A stretch of 64,000 nucleotides of DNA from Cyanobacteriota bacterium (GTDB lineage Bacteria; Cyanobacteriota; Cyanobacteriia; PCC-6307; Cyanobiaceae), in NCBI GenBank assembly GCA_046052125.1, contig JBJOMY010000001.1, forward strand, positions 544,001 to 608,000, read 5' to 3'. Within the stretch, counting starts at the first letter, position 1. The number at the start of each line of letters is the position of its first letter. Shown here in pieces: positions 61,850 to 64,000 of the stretch. Position numbers and translations under genes: made by a program. Below the pieces are notes generated by a model. It worked only from the letters and a program-made list of their open reading frames with translations. It ran no database searches and was not told the origin of the DNA.

Positions 61850-62105
61850 TGATCAGATCCGTCAGCTAGAACTTGACATTCGTCTGCCGCGGCAGTTTCT
61901 GCTCAACCTCATGCGGCACCGCGGGTTTGCGTTGATCGTGTCTGCCATGGTTGTACTGCTCTCATCTGCATTGATCCATCCGCATCTGGTCTTCGTGGGT
62001 GTGCCCGCTTTCGCTGTGCTCATGGCGTCTGGGGTTTCAGCAGTCCAAGAGCAGAGAAAGCGAGGGGGTGTTGCGTCCCCCCTCAATTTAATCACCCTTG
62101 GCTAA
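61818..62105 (+). CDS. Small membrane protein
   Basis: Two hydrophobic segments followed by a basic tail. Confidence 0.5.
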   Translation: MPRIQNRLPVNDQIRQLELDIRLPRQFLLNLMRHRGFALIVSAMVVLLSSALIHPHLVFVGVPAFAVLMASGVSAVQEQRKRGGVASPLNLITLG

Positions 62106-62185
62106 GATCGTGAAGCGTTGATGCGATCACGACCACGGAAGACTAGTAGGCAGAACTCTCGTTAGTGTCTCTAGAGCCATTGTAT

Positions 62186-62488
62186 TCAGAGGCCTAGGTA
62201 GCGCATCTGGTAGAGCGCGATGTTGTGCTCTACCAGCCACCGGTTGATCTCCGGCAGCATCTGCATTGGAGTTTCGATTTGCAGGGAGCGTGTACTGGGC
62301 TCGCGTGCCAGCGCCAGGGTTTGGGCTGTGATCTGCGTATGCGGTAGCTGGTTGAGCTGAGTGAGATAGGAGGCCAATTCGGAGCTGCCAGCGCCGATCA
62401 CCAACAACACCCTGTGGGCGGTTTCTGAGTAATCGCGGCTGAGCTGTTCGAGTTCAGCGACGAAGTGCTCTTCTTGCGGTGCTGCCAT
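62186..62488 (-). CDS. Hypothetical protein
   Basis: GC3-biased ORF from ATG 62488 (MAAPQEEH); alpha/beta pattern ending PEINRWLVEHNIALYQM. Confidence 0.55.
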   Translation of the reverse strand: MAAPQEEHFVAELEQLSRDYSETAHRVLLVIGAGSSELASYLTQLNQLPHTQITAQTLALAREPSTRSLQIETPMQMLPEINRWLVEHNIALYQMRYLGL

Positions 62489-62731
62489 TGGTTCAGTATC
62501 GCCGGTGCTACAGGGCTTGGGCTTAAGGGTGAGGCGTGCAACGCCATACACCAGATCGGTGGGCTGGCTTGGCGGGACCAGTTAATCGGGATCAGTGCCA
62601 TGGTGTCCCTAAGGCAGGTTGTCCACCGTGTCATCTGGATTCAACGGTGAGCACACCGATCACCGCCATGCCCGGTGGTCTTCAGCGGACCAGCCGCTGA
62701 TCGTGGGGCCATTTCGGTCCCCATCAGCAAC

Positions 62732-63064
62732 TCATTCGCCGTCACCCAGGAACGTCAGGGATCCGGCTGGGACCCAGAGATTGCGGCCGGTTTGACCGGG
62801 ATAGCCAACCCGGCACCAGGTGAGATCGCCACTGGCTTTGCAGCCCAGTTTGTTCACTACTTCACCGGAGACACCCATGCCGCTGATCGGTGCACCGAAA
62901 TCGGGCCGTGCGTAGAGCGTCACCGTGGACTGCCCATTTCCATTGAGCTTCACTTTGCTCTGGCCCTCTGCTTCAGCAGCGGAAGCCAGCGACACGGCTG
63001 AAACACCGCTCAGCAGAAGGACAGCTGCCAGTCGTAAACGGAGACCCACGTTCTGATTGTTCAT
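62732..63064 (-). CDS. Exported SH3b-like protein (paralogue of the C-terminus of 6676..7278)
   Basis: Signal peptide then VKLNGNG..TV.LYARPDF.AP..GMGVSGEV..KL.C...G...WCRV.YP.Q.GR.LWVP..SLTFL.DGE. Confidence 0.8.
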   Translation of the reverse strand: MNNQNVGLRLRLAAVLLLSGVSAVSLASAAEAEGQSKVKLNGNGQSTVTLYARPDFGAPISGMGVSGEVVNKLGCKASGDLTWCRVGYPGQTGRNLWVPAGSLTFLGDGE

Positions 63065-63262
63065 CGCAGCGCCATTCTGACAAGCCGCGCAGTTGTTACC
63101 CCGTGACGTGCCGGGATCTGGGGTGCTCTTCTTTTTCGTAGTGATACTTCAGGCACCACCATGAGAGTTAGAAGTAGACCACTGAGCGAACAGACGCTCC
63201 AGTCGCTCGCTTCACAATGCGAGAGGTCTACGCCAAGCTAAGCAAAGACTCCATGCCAAACC

Positions 63263-63622
63263 ATGCTCACTCGACCAATCCTGATCCTGACGGTGGCGTC
63301 ATCGGGTTGCGCCGCCCTGGCCGCTTCCGCGCAACCTTTTCAGCTAGCACCTGAATCAACAGTGCACTACACCTGTGCCGGCGGCAACCACGTTGTGGCT
63401 CGCTACAGCGGGCTCAGTGATGGGAGCCTGAACTTTGTGCGGTTGACCCTTCCTAAGGGTCAACAAATCACCTTGCCTCAGGTTGCTTCTGGTTCGGGAG
63501 CACGCTTCAGCGCTGATCAGGATGTGACCTGGTGGAGCAAGGGAACAGGGGGATTCCTGCAGCGGCGAGATGCGAATGGGCAATGGCAAATCAGCCTGGA
63601 TTCCTGCGTCCAGCAGCGCTGA
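63263..63622 (+). CDS. MliC/PliC family lysozyme-inhibitor-like protein
   Basis: Signal peptide; VHYTC, LPQVASGSGARFS, WWSKG and a C-terminal Cys. Confidence 0.85.
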   Translation: MLTRPILILTVASSGCAALAASAQPFQLAPESTVHYTCAGGNHVVARYSGLSDGSLNFVRLTLPKGQQITLPQVASGSGARFSADQDVTWWSKGTGGFLQRRDANGQWQISLDSCVQQR

Positions 63623-63645
63623 TGCTCCTCAACTAGCCCCTGTCG

Positions 63646-63984
63646 TCAGTCGACCTTGGTGACGTTTCCCTTCCCGTCCACGTAACAGGCACCCTTCAGT
63701 GCCGAGCCGTCGGGGAAGGGGCGCTCCCAGTTGTAAATCAAGCCATACTGCTTGATGTCTTTGAGTGTCATCTCGCCAGCATCAATGCTCGAGCGAGTGG
63801 TGGCGCTCAAGCTGACGCGAATATCAGCCATGGAGGCATTGGATACACGTTCTGCAATAGCGTTTTTGCAGTTGCGACCCCACGCTCCAATGCGAGCTTC
63901 AATCTGGGCTGATGGGTCTGCGGCGAGAGCGGGCACAGCGGCGCCTGCCAATGCGACGATCAGACCCAGGGATGCAAGACGCAT
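63646..63984 (-). CDS. Small exported hypothetical protein
   Basis: Sec signal MRLASLGLIVALAGAAVPALA; Cys pair and C-terminal GACYVDGKGNV hairpin. Confidence 0.7.
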   Translation of the reverse strand: MRLASLGLIVALAGAAVPALAADPSAQIEARIGAWGRNCKNAIAERVSNASMADIRVSLSATTRSSIDAGEMTLKDIKQYGLIYNWERPFPDGSALKGACYVDGKGNVTKVD

Positions 63985-64000
63985 TGTTGTTCACACTAGA

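Noticed and set aside
62490..62730. Possible degraded gene between 62186..62488 and the SH3-like gene
   Set aside because: Looks coding-like with in-frame stops, but I cannot assign homology by eye.
1..64000. tRNA/rRNA genes, integrase, HMW1C-type glycosyltransferase
   Set aside because: None recognised by eye in the intergenic gaps or ORF track; tRNAscan/Infernal would be needed to exclude small RNAs.

Overview
Window from a GC-rich picocyanobacterium (Synechococcus/Cyanobium-like, inferred from CbiX, PAP/fibrillin, DUF3136, RpaB-like and Tic22-like genes). About 49 kb (c.12.1-60.6 kb) is a two-partner (type Vb) secretion locus. It has one TpsB (ShlB/FhaC) transporter and two giant paralogous filamentous-haemagglutinin-type TpsA proteins (4666 and 9619 aa) that share a near-identical N-terminus and a conserved, unrecognised C-terminal domain but have different repeat-rich middles. 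The locus also carries two divergent Tic22-like periplasmic chaperone genes and two small DUF6447-like genes bracketing tpsB. Both tpsA genes are preceded by the same NtcA-type box (TGTAAC-N4-GATAC). The best candidate for an undescribed system is this Tic22-assisted, possibly nitrogen-regulated, dual giant-adhesin TPS system. The left flank holds a regulatory cluster (LysR-like gene plus nonsense-mutated paralogue, DUF3136, RpaB-like), small exported proteins, an MlaE/MlaD-like pair and a response regulator truncated by an IS3 element. That IS is itself inactivated by a tiny hairpin-forming insertion. The right flank holds hypothetical and small exported proteins (SH3-like, MliC-like). No RNA genes or CRISPR arrays were seen. 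All family calls come from motif recognition by eye, not database searches.
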